A DNA stretch of 64,000 nucleotides, taken from Anthoceros angustus. Its lineage: Eukaryota; Plantae; Anthocerotophyta. Of the stretch, positions 49,844 to 61,705 are shown piece after piece. Numbering within the stretch: position 1 is the stretch's first letter; each line of letters opens with the position of its first letter. The stretch is taken from contig MU008168.1 in NCBI GenBank assembly GCA_010909165.1, forward strand, positions 496,001 through 560,000, written 5' to 3'. The notes under the pieces are model-generated. The model searched no databases. It saw only the letters and a list, made by a program, of their open reading frames with translations, and was not told the origin of the DNA. The position numbers and the translations under genes are program-made.

Positions 49844-51719
49844 ATGTTCGGGCGTATGAATTCGAAGAAGAGTGACAACACCAAGTACTACGAGACGCTT
49901 GGTGTGAACAAGAATGCGTCCCAGGACGAGCTGAAGAAGGCCTACAGAAAGGCGGCCATTAAGAACCATCCTGACAAGGGCGGGGACCCGGAGAAGGTGC
50001 GGGCTAAGGAATCCGACATGTTAACTGCCTGCCTGCCTGGGTTCGGTGGTTTGGAGTCGGTTGGAGCCCGACTGATGGTGGTTCGCTTTGTCGCAGTTTA
50101 AGGAGCTTGCCCAGGCTTACGAGGTGCTCTCTGATCCGGAGAAAAGGGAGCTGTATGATCAGTATGGGGAGGATGCGCTCAAGGAAGGAATGGGAGGAGG
50201 GGGTGGCCACAATCCATTCGACATCTTCGAGCAGTTCTTTGGGGCAGGGAGCGGCGGCCACTTTGGAGGTATGGGAGTTACGGGATGTTGGTGTGTTGCG
50301 CTTGACATCTTTGAGTAGGGCATGATGACGGTCTCGCTTAAGCTGCTCCGTTGTGTGGGGGATTTTTTTTCGCTTGTTGAGCCAGGTGGGGGCAGTGGAA
50401 GAGGGATCCGTCGGCAGAGACGGGGTGAGGATGTGGTACATCCTTTGAAGGTTTCTCTGGAGGACTTATATAATGGTACCTCGAAGAAGCTTTCTTTGTC
50501 CAGAAACGTTCTCTGCGCCAAGTGCAAAGGGTACGGTCTTCTCCTCGGCGTTTAGGTATCCGTGTGGTGCAGTTGTGTGGGAAGTTTTTGTTCGACCTAC
50601 TCTTGTAGCATGTGAGCTGACGGACTCTGTTGGATTGGGGCAGCAAGGGATCGAAGACTGGTGCTTCTACCCGCTGTTCAGGCTGTCAAGGGTCCGGTAT
50701 GAAAGTATCCATTCGTCATCTTGGATCAAACATGATTCAGCAGATGCAGCATGTCTGCCCTGAATGCCGTGGGTCAGGTATGCAAGATTATTATCATTGT
50801 GAGCTGCTGTTGGACGCACGGTTTTAACACGAGGCTTGAGATTGAGATAAAGTGGGGTTTGGTTTTCAGGGGAGATAATCAATGAGAAGGATAAATGTGG
50901 CCAGTGCAAGGGTGTTAAAGTTGTGCAGGACAAGAAGTTGCTTGAGGTGCATATCGAGAAGGGAATGCAACATGGGCAGAAGATAACGTTCCAGGGAGAA
51001 GCTGACGAAGCTGTAAGCAGTTCACTTCAGATGTGTGGCTGTGAACACAGTATTTTGTGGCCGGTCATTTGTTGCATGCGGACACGGCCATTAACAGGGC
51101 ATTGGTTGCTGTGCAGCCTGACACACAAACAGGAGACATCGTTTTTGTTCTCCAGTTGAAGGAGCATCCTAAGTTCAAGAGGAAAGGGGATGACCTGTTT
51201 GTTGAGCATTCACTCTCTCTGACAGAGGCACTGTGTGGCTTCCAATTCGCCCTCACCCATCTTGATGGCAGGCAGTTGCTGGTCAAGTCTGAGCCTGGAG
51301 AAGTAATCAAGCCAGGTTTGTCTAGCCCTAGCCTCCCTGGTGTCTTGTCTGGTTTTTCACCTTTCCTTACGTTTCTAACCCTTCTACCCCATGGTGATGG
51401 TGCAGGAGAATTCAAGGCCATTAATGATGAGGGTATGCCTCATTACCAGAGGCCGTTCATGAAGGGCAGGTTGTATCTGCACTTTGCTGTGGACTTCCCG
51501 GACAGCTTGTTAGTGGAGCAGTGTAAACGGCTGGAGGCTATTCTTCCTCCCAGGCCGGGTGGTGAGAGGTCAGACATGGAACTCGATGAGTGCGAGGAGA
51601 CGACCCTTCATGATGTGGATATCGAGGCAGAAATGAGAAGAAAGCAGCATCAGCAACAGCAAGAGGCGTATGAGGAAGAGGAGGAGCAGGGACCTCGTGT
51701 CCAGTGTGCACAGCAATGA
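49844..51719 (+). CDS. dnaJ: Cytosolic type-I DnaJ/Hsp40 (J2/J3-like), paralogue 2. Exons 49844-49996, 50097-50268, 50386-50530, 50644-50777, 50870-51012, 51117-51315, 51406-51719
   Basis: [26 protein letters not shown], zinc-finger repeats, ends RVQCAQQ; six GT-AG introns. Confidence 0.95.
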
Positions 51720-52308
51720 GCAGTGTCTAGATTAAACGGCACGTGCTAACCTGGGATTTCCAGTGTGTCGTGCAGCGTTTGGAATGTGACTGTGGGAAGT
51801 CAGTGCTTGATCGGGCTGTCCGTCGGCAGACATAGCCGGACATGCATGTTTTCGCCGATTGCATTCTCAAATCGCCTAACAGCTGATAATCCCTCCCTGA
51901 AGGATATTACGGTTTGATCGGGAACAGACTGTTTTTCGTCCTGTTCTTCTTTTTAGTATGTCGCTGTCATTAAGGTCTTTCGAACTATATACCTACCTGT
52001 TATTGGAACATTTCGTTGGAAAGATAACTAGAAAGAACCGGGTGACCGTTTCTAACAGCTGATACCCCTCCCTGAAGGACGGTACGGTTCGAACGGGTGC
52101 AGACTGGTGTTCCGAACCTGACATGTCACTGTCCTTTTTCTGTATGTGGTTGTAGTTAAGGACTTTCAAACTATGAAACCATTTCATTGGAAAACTTGAT
52201 TACCCTCTGCTGCTGCTCCAGAGTGACCAGACCATTCATAGGCAAACAACAAGATGAAAGGGTCATTGAACCTTAAAACATCGTTTATTCAGTCTTAGAT
52301 GGACAACA

Positions 52309-53462
52309 TCAGACAGATTCCTTGCCAACCGCATTGAGAACCTCTAAACTATCGTTATGAGAATGGGTAAAGCCTATACCCCTCTCGAAGTCGACAGTCT
52401 GTTTGCATCTGAAAGCTATTACCCAAGCTCTCCTCCAACTGTCAGAGCTCAAGTTGCCAGCTGAGCCATGTAGGATTCTTTCATGATGGACAGTCAAATC
52501 TCCACGATCTATCTCAGCTGCTCGGGGCACATCCCCCTCAGCAAGAGTTACAGCCAGTGTATGTGACTTCTCCCGGTCACCATGAGCTGGAACATGTGGC
52601 CTCAGCTTTGGCTCCAAATGAGTCCCCGGTACGAATCTGATGCAGCCGTTTTGGATCCTGGCGTTGTCAATGGCAAGCCAGAAGGATGCTGTTCTGGTGT
52701 CCTCGGTTACTGGCCAGTAAGCCAGATCCTGGTGCCTGGCTCAACGCACGACAACCTCAAATCACTTTACATAACACCGACACTCTCCAGAGCTGGTGAG
52801 AGTATGAAACCTTACCACTTAAATTCTCCGTCTGGTCTATTTGGCGGCTTCGCCAGGAGCTGATCGTAATCAGGTACCATGTCATCACCGAGCAGCTGCT
52901 TCGCAATAGATGCAGCCCGCCTCTCATAAACACTGTTCTTCAGCTTAGGGTTATACCTAGCACAAGAACCAAAACACGCACACAAGGCTGTCACTCAAGA
53001 GCCACTGCCGCATGCTCCACATTCTCATCACCGAAATCGACGGAAGCATGAGCATGAGCTGCAGTTGATGGAGCTGGAGCTGGTTATCTCCACCTTGAAG
53101 GAAGCATGATATTGATGATGGAGTAACTCTCCAGCGGCTTCGAGTAGTCTCCAGACATGTCACAGAAATCCTTGCCTTCAACCGGGACCTCCCGCCTGAT
53201 GAAAGCCATATACTCCTCCTCCAGCTCCGCAACCTCATCCTGAGATAGAACAGCCTGCCATCAAGTAAAACCGGGCAGCTCAATCCCCATCCTTCCCCCA
53301 CCTCGTTTGCTGACAGTCCAAATGCATGCTGCATGCATCCCTCCAACGGCACATACATACATACATACACACCTTCAGATGCACATACCCATCTCTATGA
53401 AAGGCTTCCACCTCCTGGGGAGTGAGAAGGTAGCCGTCCCCTTCCTGCCGCCCGAAAGCCAT
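52309..53462 (-). CDS. Phytanoyl-CoA dioxygenase (PhyH)-family 2OG/Fe(II) oxygenase. Exons 53462-53373, 53254-53094, 52956-52816, 52735-52309
   Basis: LTPQEVEAFHRDGYVHLK; DQLLAKPP; WHQDLAYWP (HxD); FWLAID..NGCIRFVPGTH; RGDLTVHHERILHGSAGN..RRA. Three GT-AG introns keep the frame. Confidence 0.9.
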
Positions 53463-54115
53463 GTCTCGCCGACTCGCGTATCAGTCGACTCTGAGACGAA
53501 TCGTAGCTCGCATTGCCGAATCGCCGTCGTCGATGACCACCAAGAATCCGCACAATTCGTCGCTACTGAAAGATGGTCACGTCAAACACGTGTTGGGCAG
53601 AGGCACCTCTGGGTCCGAATCTTCTGATTCCGTGTGCCGTGATTACTGGCAGCGCACCTGCCCTAGTGCCCGCGCGAGAGTTTCGCCGCAGCTGCGGCCC
53701 GGGTCGGTGCCTGGCTCCCATTGGTTCGGGCCTGCAGCCTCGCAAGCCTCGGCCCACCCCAGACGATCTTTGTGGTAGAGCGTTGCAATTTGCCTCCTCA
53801 CAATACGCAATATGCACGAATATTAGAGAGTTATTATAACTGGAGTTCACGACGCGCTTCAGCCTCGGCGGCAGGAGGTGGCTCGGAAGCTTCGGGCCCG
53901 CGGGGTGGGCGCAGAATTAGGGCTGGTCGGGCGGCGAAACCTGGGGCCTGCGTTTTCCCGCAGTCTCTACTGACCCCGCCAGCTCCCAGGTAGCCAGCGC
54001 AGAGCTCTCATTCCAGCGCGCTCCATCTTGCGCAATTGTGTTTGCGGTGTTGTGATTTCTGCGGCTGCTTGCATTTCTTGCCCTGCGCGCAGGGCTCGGA
54101 TTCCAGCTTGCGGCC
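53463..54115. promoter_or_regulatory. Short GC-rich divergent (probably bidirectional) promoter/5' UTR region
   Basis: About 650 bp between head-to-head start codons of the PhyH and phosphate carrier genes; AT-rich TTATTATAA core at ~53831. Confidence 0.5.
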
Positions 54116-55234
54116 ATGGCGGAGACGGGACGGTCAGGGCGCTCCATTCTGCCGGATTTCCTCTACAAGGCCAACAGCCTGGCTTTGTTGCCTGATTCCG
54201 GCCGCCTCACGCACGCCATCTCCAGCTATGCCGGCAGCTTGGCGGCCCCGGGGGCCGGATCCGCGAGCTCTGCCACCGCAGTCAAGGCAATGGCAGGCGG
54301 GATTTTTGCGGCGGCCCCGAGGGAGGGGATCAAGCTCTACTCCTCCGACTATTACCTGGCCTGCGCCGTGGGAGGGATGTTGTGCTGCGGCCTTACGCAC
54401 GCCGCCGTCACCCCGTTTGATGTGGTGAAGTGCAACATGCAAATCGATCACGCCAAGTACCCTACCATCTCCACGGGATTCCGGGTGGTGGTCCAGGAGC
54501 ACGGGTCCAGGGGGCTGTTCAAGGGTTTCACTCCCACTCTGCTCGGCTACAGCGCGCAAGGGGCTTGCAAGTACGGCTTCTACGAGTACTTCAAGAAGAA
54601 GTACAGCGATCTGGTCGGGCCTGAGAATGCCAAGAACTACAAGACCTTGATCTACTTGGCTGGATCGGCATCGGCAGAGGTGATCGCAGATGTTGCTTTG
54701 TGTCCGTTGGAGGCTGTGAAGGTGAGAGTGCAGACTCAACCTGGTTTTGCTGCGGGTCTGCATGATGCCCTGCCCAGGATAGTGGGGGCCGAGGGTTTCG
54801 CCGGGCTCTACAAGGGGCTTGTGCCGCTTTGGGGTCGCCAGATCCCGTACACTATGATGAAGTTCGGCACTTTTGAGAACACGGTCGAAGCTCTGTACAA
54901 GTATGTGCTGCCACGGCCGAAGGAACAGTGCACCAAGGGTGAACAGCTTGGTGTCAGCTTCTTGGGAGGATACATTGCCGGTGTGGCGTGCGCTATTATC
55001 TCTCATCCCGCTGACAATCTCGTGTCGTTTCTTAACAACGCCAAGAATGCTACGGTGAAGCAGGCCATAGACACCATGGGGATCAAGGCTTTGTTCACCA
55101 GAGGTTTGCCCCTTCGAATCATCATGATCGGAACACTCACCGGAGCTCAGTGGGGTATTTATGATGCATGGAAGGTTGCCTGTGGCCTGCCCACCACCGG
55201 AGGTACCCCAGTGCAAGAAGAGCAGGACGACTGA
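54116..55234 (+). CDS. PHT3: Mitochondrial phosphate carrier (SLC25; PHT3/MPT family), intronless CDS
   Basis: 372 aa. CGLTHAAVTPFDVVKCNMQ, GYSAQGACKYGFYEYFKK, CPLEAVKVRVQT, PLWGRQIPYTMMKF, SHPADNLVS, IMIGTLTGAQWGIYD; three carrier repeats. Confidence 0.96.
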   Translation: MAETGRSGRSILPDFLYKANSLALLPDSGRLTHAISSYAGSLAAPGAGSASSATAVKAMAGGIFAAAPREGIKLYSSDYYLACAVGGMLCCGLTHAAVTPFDVVKCNMQIDHAKYPTISTGFRVVVQEHGSRGLFKGFTPTLLGYSAQGACKYGFYEYFKKKYSDLVGPENAKNYKTLIYLAGSASAEVIADVALCPLEAVKVRVQTQPGFAAGLHDALPRIVGAEGFAGLYKGLVPLWGRQIPYTMMKFGTFENTVEALYKYVLPRPKEQCTKGEQLGVSFLGGYIAGVACAIISHPADNLVSFLNNAKNATVKQAIDTMGIKALFTRGLPLRIIMIGTLTGAQWGIYDAWKVACGLPTTGGTPVQEEQDD

Positions 55235-56177
55235 TTCTTCCATCATTTTTGGTAATCCGTCCTCCTTCTACCCCATTCATATGTTTTGCTTGACCCTCCG
55301 CTGACGGAAGTCTCTCTGGAAGATGTAAGCTTGTTGACATTGCTTATCTCGGTCTGCTTACACACCGACGGTTGTTGTTTGCAGGCGTGCTCACTATGAA
55401 AGTTGCCTGCTGGTGGCCTTGTACTTCTGGCATGCCTCTTGGTACCGGCAGTTTTGCTTGAGAGATTTTAAATGACGAGAAAAGGCGAGTGGGATCCTAG
55501 TCTGAGGGGCTGCTTTTGTCTTCCATCAACTTGTTCCTCGCAAGATGTTCTTTGGATCCAAATGCATTCCACCAGTGTCGGGGAGAATCCCTGCTGACAG
55601 AGAAGCTGGGAATAAGCCCTGGGTTGTTGCTGTTGGTCATCATTTTTGATAGTTTTGCCCTCTTTTTTTCCTGGATAGCTGGTATTTCGTAGTCCAGGCA
55701 AGATTCTTGAGCAACATTCATTCTAGTATTTGACAAATTCCATGGTGGAGGGCCATTACCTTTGGGTATCGCTGCGTATAAATCTGACGTCGAAATTCAC
55801 CCTCTGCCCCATAGGATTTTACCGACACGAGCGAGTAAGAGTTCACAGCTGAGCCCTGGCGTACCTGGCCAGAGCCGGGGTTTCACACTGACCGACCACT
55901 CGGGACCAGCATTTTCGAACTACTTCCGGCAGCTGAGTCCCTTCAATAGAACCCTCTACACAAAACGACTACAATGGAGCCCCTAATAGAGACTTAGTTC
56001 ACCTCATCATGAAGTATAAAATTGTTAGACGTTACTCAGTGCATCTAATCCAGAAATATATAATGGTTACACAGTCACTTAGTGCATCTCATCCATAAGT
56101 ATAAAATTGTTCGACATATGCTCAATCTTATCTTCTAATTCGTATTTATCCAAGGTCTAGGACAAGCAATTCGAGAA

Positions 56178-56325
56178 CATGGCGCATCAACCTCTATACC
56201 TAGCTCTTGCGTATCATGGTGCATCAACCTCTATAGCTAGCACTTGCATATCTTGGTGCATCAACCTATGTAGCTAGCACTTGCGGATCATGGAGCATCA
56301 ACCTATGTAGTTAGCACCTACCCTT
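56178..56325 (+). repeat. 37-bp tandem repeat x4
   Basis: CATGG.GCATCAACCT.T.TAGCTAGCACTTGC..AT units. Confidence 0.9.
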
Positions 56326-57084
56326 GTAGCTAGCACCTATAAGTATAAGTACTACAGCATTCTACAATAGTACTTGAAATCATTATAACTAGTTCACCCA
56401 AAGACCAGCGTGAAAATACTTACATCATTGTTAGCACCATAAGGATTGGTGATCCTTGGGCTTTGGTACCCTTAGATCTCTATGAGTATTGTTGCTTGAT
56501 CTCAGAGGATTAATCTATGCTTAGTTCTCGGTATGTTCTAGAACTCCTGGCAATCTATATATGCATGACCTTAGTCTATCTGTATTTATTGTATATTGAT
56601 GGTTTTAATCTATTGTTTCATTTTTGGTGATTAACTAATAGATTAACTTTATTTCCATCCTCTCCTAATTATCCATTCTTTGGTGGTGTTCACAATCTTG
56701 CACCATTGCTAGCAGAGCAAGGATCGACCCCTTGGGCCTTGGTCCACTTGGCTCCTATGAGTATTTTTATTTGATCTCCTACCATTTAATAATCCTTAGC
56801 CCTCGGCATGTTTATAAATCTTCTTGCAATCTACATATGGGTGATCTTATTTTAACCTTATTTTACTATTACTCTCCTACCTAACCATCCTTGAGCAAAA
56901 AGTTTTTGGAAGTTAGACCTCACAACATGCTATTCACAAATACTAGAAAGAAGTAAGCCAAACACAAACAACATTATTGTGGAACACAAGTTGGAATTAA
57001 TCTGTACTTCATTATTGCAAGTTTGGCACATATAAACTTGAGAATATAGCCGGTAAATCATCGTGCACTTTGGGGAATTTATAG

Positions 57085-57570
57085 ATGGTAAAAAGTACTC
57101 TAACTTATCCACCAAAGTTGGAAGCTAACTGCAGTAGCAAAGCTCAAGCTATAGCAAGTGAAGACCCTGAAATTGCAAGCTTAACTTTGGTTAGAATTCC
57201 TTTTATACCTATGACAAAAAAGGATCATATGCCAACTATTGATTTATCAACACAGTTAGTTGCAACATCGACAGAGTTATCTACGAGAAAAAGAACCAGA
57301 AATGAAAATACTTATTCACTCCACTCAAAGAGAAGGAAATGTGTACATCCCAATCGAGCCCTTGGAGTTGGGATTGAATCACATAAAGTCTACCTGTATG
57401 TTTTAGAATCGAGTCATTTTCTGCAGTTGGCCACGAACAATTTTCATAGAACTTCAACTCAAGATAAATGTCAAATTCAGAGGAAACGACTTCAAGAGGA
57501 GTTAATTCGAATTGAAAAGTTATACAAGCGTATAGAGGAGAGAAAATTGGAACTTTTTCACTATCCTTGA
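57085..57570 (+). CDS. Hypothetical AT-rich ORF (basic NLS-like stretch and C-terminal coiled coil)
   Basis: 161-aa ATG-initiated ORF in AT-rich DNA; RKRTR..KRRK; no recognisable family. Confidence 0.25.
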   Translation: MVKSTLTYPPKLEANCSSKAQAIASEDPEIASLTLVRIPFIPMTKKDHMPTIDLSTQLVATSTELSTRKRTRNENTYSLHSKRRKCVHPNRALGVGIESHKVYLYVLESSHFLQLATNNFHRTSTQDKCQIQRKRLQEELIRIEKLYKRIEERKLELFHYP

Positions 57571-58567
57571 AATCAAGGGTCTTCCTCCTCTTCCTCATAT
57601 AACAATTGGAACGGAAGAGCTTTTGATACTCACTCAAATTGAGTTTTTTTGATGTAATTCTTCAAAAAAAAAAATAATGGCGAAAGCATTTTCCTCTTTC
57701 ATGAATAGCCACATTAGGTTCTTCGTTTAGACCATAGAGTATGAGTTTTCTAAAATTTATAAAAATATATTATTTAATTTTTGGTATCACCTAGAAGAAC
57801 TTAAAAATATACTCTTTAGGGCTAGTCCCCGTGACATGGTGCCCTTCGTTGGGTTTTTTCCCTTTGTTTTTGGGGTGGATGTATTTTTCCTATCTCTTTT
57901 TTATAATAAAGTCTTCTTTTCCTCTTGGTCTAAGAATTCATATTGATCTTTGCTCATACTACAACATTATGGTTTGTTCACCATCACCTAGATACACAAG
58001 TCCAATAAAATCTACTGTATCGAAGTGTAGATCTATTTTTGTCAATAAGACATATATTATCAATGGAGTTCCACTCTAACCAATAAGGTATTTGATGTAT
58101 AAATATATTATCAAATAAATATATTATTAAAAATACTAATAAAAAAAACCCATCGAACACACATATTATCCAAGTGCATGTCTTGCTCTGTCTCCAAACT
58201 ATCTCCACTTTCCGAATAGAGTACCATAGAGTGCTTTAGTGTGAATAATTTTGTTTGCAGTGAGCTTAGCTGCGCGATCCACACACCAAGATAGGTAGTC
58301 TTATGTAATACGACGAGGACAAGTAACAAGCCTTTAGCCGAGGCCGACTGCTGTTTTATGTATGATGTCCATGTAAGCCCTACTCTAGAACGTTCTGGTT
58401 TCAGGTTCCAGACGGGGACTTCTGCAAGCTTCCTCTCTCCTTGAATGTGCCTCTTATCTGCTGAGTCCCGCATCGTCTTTGCTGCATTTTGCGAGCGGGA
58501 GTGTTTCTCTGCCGTTGCGAAGCTTCCTTTGCAAGCCCTTGCGTTGGAGGGACGGCTGGAGTGAGGG

Positions 58568-60382
58568 ATGGCAGCCAATGCGATGCTTGCCAACGGCGCC
58601 GCGCCCTCATCGGTTGCTGCACCTTCCTGCTCCTCCGCCCCCGGTTTGAAGCAGGGAAGGAGACTGTCAGGGTGCTGGCAGGGCAGGAATCAGCTCGCGC
58701 AGAAGGCATCTGGGCTCAAGGCACAGGCAGGAGGCAGGAGGTCGCTTGCGGCTAGGGCGCAGGCCAAGGACATCAGTTTCGATGGCAAGTCGCGGTCTGC
58801 GTTGCAGGCAGGGATTGACAAGCTCGCCGACGCCGTCGCGGTGACCTTAGGTCCACGGGGTAGGAACGTGGTGCTGGATGAGTTCGGGACCCCCAAGGTC
58901 ATCAACGATGGGGTCACCATTGCCCGGGCCATCGAGCTTCCCGACGCCATGGAGAATGCAGGAGCTGCTCTTATCCGCGAGGTGGCTAGTAAGACAAATG
59001 ATTCTGCTGGGGACGGTACCACAACAGCATGCGTGTTGGCCCGCGAGCTCATCAGGTTCGGTTTGTTGAATGTTACCTCTGGTGCTAGCCCTGTTGCTAT
59101 CAAGAAGGGGATAGATAAGACTGTGGCCGCGCTTGTGAAGAAGCTTTCAGAGAAGGCGCGGCCTGTGCAGGGTCGGGAGGATATCAAAGCCATAGCTGCC
59201 ATTTCGGCCGGAAATGATGACTTCGTTGGGACCATGATTGCTGATGCTATTGACAAGGTGGGCTCTGATGGCGTGCTTTCTATCGAGTCATCCTCCTCTT
59301 TTGAGACCACGGTGGAGGTTGAGGAGGGTATGGAGATTGACAGGGGTTACATCTCGCCTCAGTTTGTCACCAACCCAGAAAAGTTGCTGGTTGAATTCGA
59401 GAATGCGAGAGTACTTGTCACCGACCAGAAGATCACCACCATCAAGGACATCATTCCAGTTTTGGAGAAAACTACGCAGCTCAGTGTGCCGCTCCTCATC
59501 ATTGCGGAGGATGTTTCCGGAGAAGCGCTAGCAACCTTGGTCGTCAACAAGCTGCGAGGGGTTCTGCAAGTTGCCGCTATCAAGGCTCCAGGGTTCGGAG
59601 AGCGCCGCAAGGCTTTGCTTCAAGATATTGCCATCGTAACAGGTGCCGAGTTTCTGGCCAGTGACCTTGGCATGAAAGTAGAGAATACTAGCAGTGACCA
59701 GCTTGGTATTGCAAGAAAGGTCGTCATCAGCAACGGCACCACAACTATCATTGCGGATGCTGCCACCAAAGACGAGATTCAGGCCCGTGTTGCCCAGATC
59801 AAGAAGGAGCTGGCAGAGACTGATTCCGTGTACGATTCAGAGAAGTTGTCGGAGCGGATTGCAAAGCTGTCAGGTGGTGTTGCTGTCATTAAGGTTGGAG
59901 CTGCCACTGAGGCAGAGCTTGAGGACAGGAAGTTGAGAATTGAGGATGCTAAGAATGCCACATTTGCAGCGATTGAGGAAGGCATTGTGCCTGGAGGAGG
60001 TGCTGCGATGGTTCATCTGTCCGCCTTTGTTCCGGACATCAAGGCTGAGATTGGAGACCCTGAAGAGAAGCTTGGGTCTGACATTGTGCAGAAGGCTCTC
60101 CTCTCCCCTGCGTCCATTATTGCCAGCAACTCGGGTGTGGAAGGTGCAGTGGTGATTGAGAAAATCTTGAGCAGTGACTGGGAATTTGGCTACAATGCTA
60201 TGACGGATAAGTATGAGAACCTCCTAGAAACTGGCGTGATTGACCCAGCTAAGGTCACAAGATGTGCCCTGCAAAATGCCGCCTCTGTTGCTGGTATGGT
60301 GCTGACAACGCAGGCCATAGTGGTTGAAAAGATCAAGAAGAAGCAGCCCGCAGTTCCACAAGTCCCGGGGATGAGCATGTAG
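58568..60382 (+). CDS. CPN60A: Plastid chaperonin-60 alpha subunit (RuBisCO-binding protein alpha), intronless
   Basis: 604 aa. Transit peptide, then AKDISFD; [79 protein letters not shown] (alpha-type). Confidence 0.97.
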   Translation: MAANAMLANGAAPSSVAAPSCSSAPGLKQGRRLSGCWQGRNQLAQKASGLKAQAGGRRSLAARAQAKDISFDGKSRSALQAGIDKLADAVAVTLGPRGRNVVLDEFGTPKVINDGVTIARAIELPDAMENAGAALIREVASKTNDSAGDGTTTACVLARELIRFGLLNVTSGASPVAIKKGIDKTVAALVKKLSEKARPVQGREDIKAIAAISAGNDDFVGTMIADAIDKVGSDGVLSIESSSSFETTVEVEEGMEIDRGYISPQFVTNPEKLLVEFENARVLVTDQKITTIKDIIPVLEKTTQLSVPLLIIAEDVSGEALATLVVNKLRGVLQVAAIKAPGFGERRKALLQDIAIVTGAEFLASDLGMKVENTSSDQLGIARKVVISNGTTTIIADAATKDEIQARVAQIKKELAETDSVYDSEKLSERIAKLSGGVAVIKVGAATEAELEDRKLRIEDAKNATFAAIEEGIVPGGGAAMVHLSAFVPDIKAEIGDPEEKLGSDIVQKALLSPASIIASNSGVEGAVVIEKILSSDWEFGYNAMTDKYENLLETGVIDPAKVTRCALQNAASVAGMVLTTQAIVVEKIKKKQPAVPQVPGMSM

Positions 60383-60824
60383 AGGTGCCGTAGTATTATG
60401 ATGTAATGGCGCCTTCCGGAATCAGGCTTCATCCATGGCAGGCAGCCCGGATGTCATCCAGTAGGAAACTAGCGTATCAGAGCTGTTAGTTGCAAGGAAA
60501 GTTTTGTTCTCTCGGCAAGGTTGTCGTCTTTGACACCGAAATAAGCTGGGTTCTTGGTGACTGTCTAGTTGCCATATAAACGATATACCCGTTAGTTGGA
60601 ACAATACCTTACTACAGAGCGCGGACGCTTGCTTGCATGCTGTCACCTGTTATTGGTTGTTGGGAATGTGAAGCGGAGAAGAACCCCCAGGTAGACAGAA
60701 ACTGGGATAATCTAATCGAACCTCTATAAATAGTTCTTGTCACATTTTTAAAATGAAAAGCTAAGACCGTTGTGCATAAGCACCTAGGGAACCTTAGACG
60801 CAACGCTGCGAAAAGGGGAGGAAC

Positions 60825-60963
60825 TTCATTACCTATTATGGGAGGATTTCTCTTCATTACCTACTATGGGAGAATCTCTCTGTCGAGTGCAAGAAAAAGG
60901 TAGGAACTTTATTACCTACTATGGGAGAATTTTTCTTCATTACCTACTATCGGAGAATTTCTC
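60825..60963 (+). repeat. About 28-bp repeat x4 (two pairs)
   Basis: TT(C/T)ATTACCTA(C/T)TAT(G/C)GGAG(A/G)AT units. Confidence 0.8.
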
Positions 60964-61193
60964 AGTCGTGGGCCAAGGTCAATTAATATCGGAATAATAT
61001 CTTTAGTGGTGATTATTATGCAGAAGGTGTCTTCATAGAATGCAAGGGTCGCACACTTGTACTCAAAAGGCAAATGAGGAGAAAAAAAATGCATGTAAAC
61101 GCATTTCATTTTAATGAAGTGCGTTTACATGAATGATATTTATGGCAAACACAATATTAGAAGAATGAATGACTTATAAGGCACATTTGTGCC

Positions 61194-61705
61194 AGTAACA
61201 TCCCCTCAACGGGGTGGGGAAAACCACGCAATTAGAAGTAAAACCAAAGTAATAAATCAACACCAGACACAGCACTAGGCCTCCAAATAGCCCGCCCTCC
61301 TCTTCTACGAGGACTCACAGACAGCACCCTTGCCGCTGCTCTTTATTCTTAAATCACGAGTCAACAAGAACATACAAAGCTAGAGGGCTAGAGAGAACTC
61401 CCCATCTTTACCTAAGCTAGGAGCTTAGCTCTCTCTTCACTTGACCTCCTCCACAAAGCTCCTTCATAGCACTCCCCTTAGGTGCTCACAGCCCAAGCAA
61501 CAAGTGCTCTCAAGGCATAGCCCAAGCATCAAGTGCTCTCAAGGCACAGCCCAAGCAACAAGTGCTCTCAAGGCTCAACTGAATTGTCTTTCGCCCAGGG
61601 CGAGGTCTCTTTTATACTCAAGTAACATGCTCTTAGTAAGCTGCTCTTCTAAACATGCCTCTGCATGGAGCTTTCTTGCAAAGCATTCAAGCCAGCTTTG
61701 TTACT
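61194..61705 (-). mobile_element. Solo LTR, 512 bp, termini AGTAACA...TGTTACT, 5-bp TSD GTGCC
   Basis: GTGCC at 61189-61193 and 61706-61710; perfect 7-bp terminal inverted repeat; minus-strand GAGTATAAAAGA TATA near 61610; GGGGATGTTACT U5-like end. Confidence 0.85.

Noticed and set aside
54134-55246. 370-aa antisense ORF over the phosphate carrier
   Set aside because: Mirror frame of a GC3-rich CDS; no motifs of its own.
56178-56325. 37-bp repeats as a CRISPR array (also the 38-, 42- and 55-bp repeats)
   Set aside because: Units are head-to-tail with no unique spacers, there are no cas genes, and the context is eukaryotic.
58690-59985. Antisense ORFs over CPN60A
   Set aside because: Codon-bias shadows, common opposite chaperonin genes.
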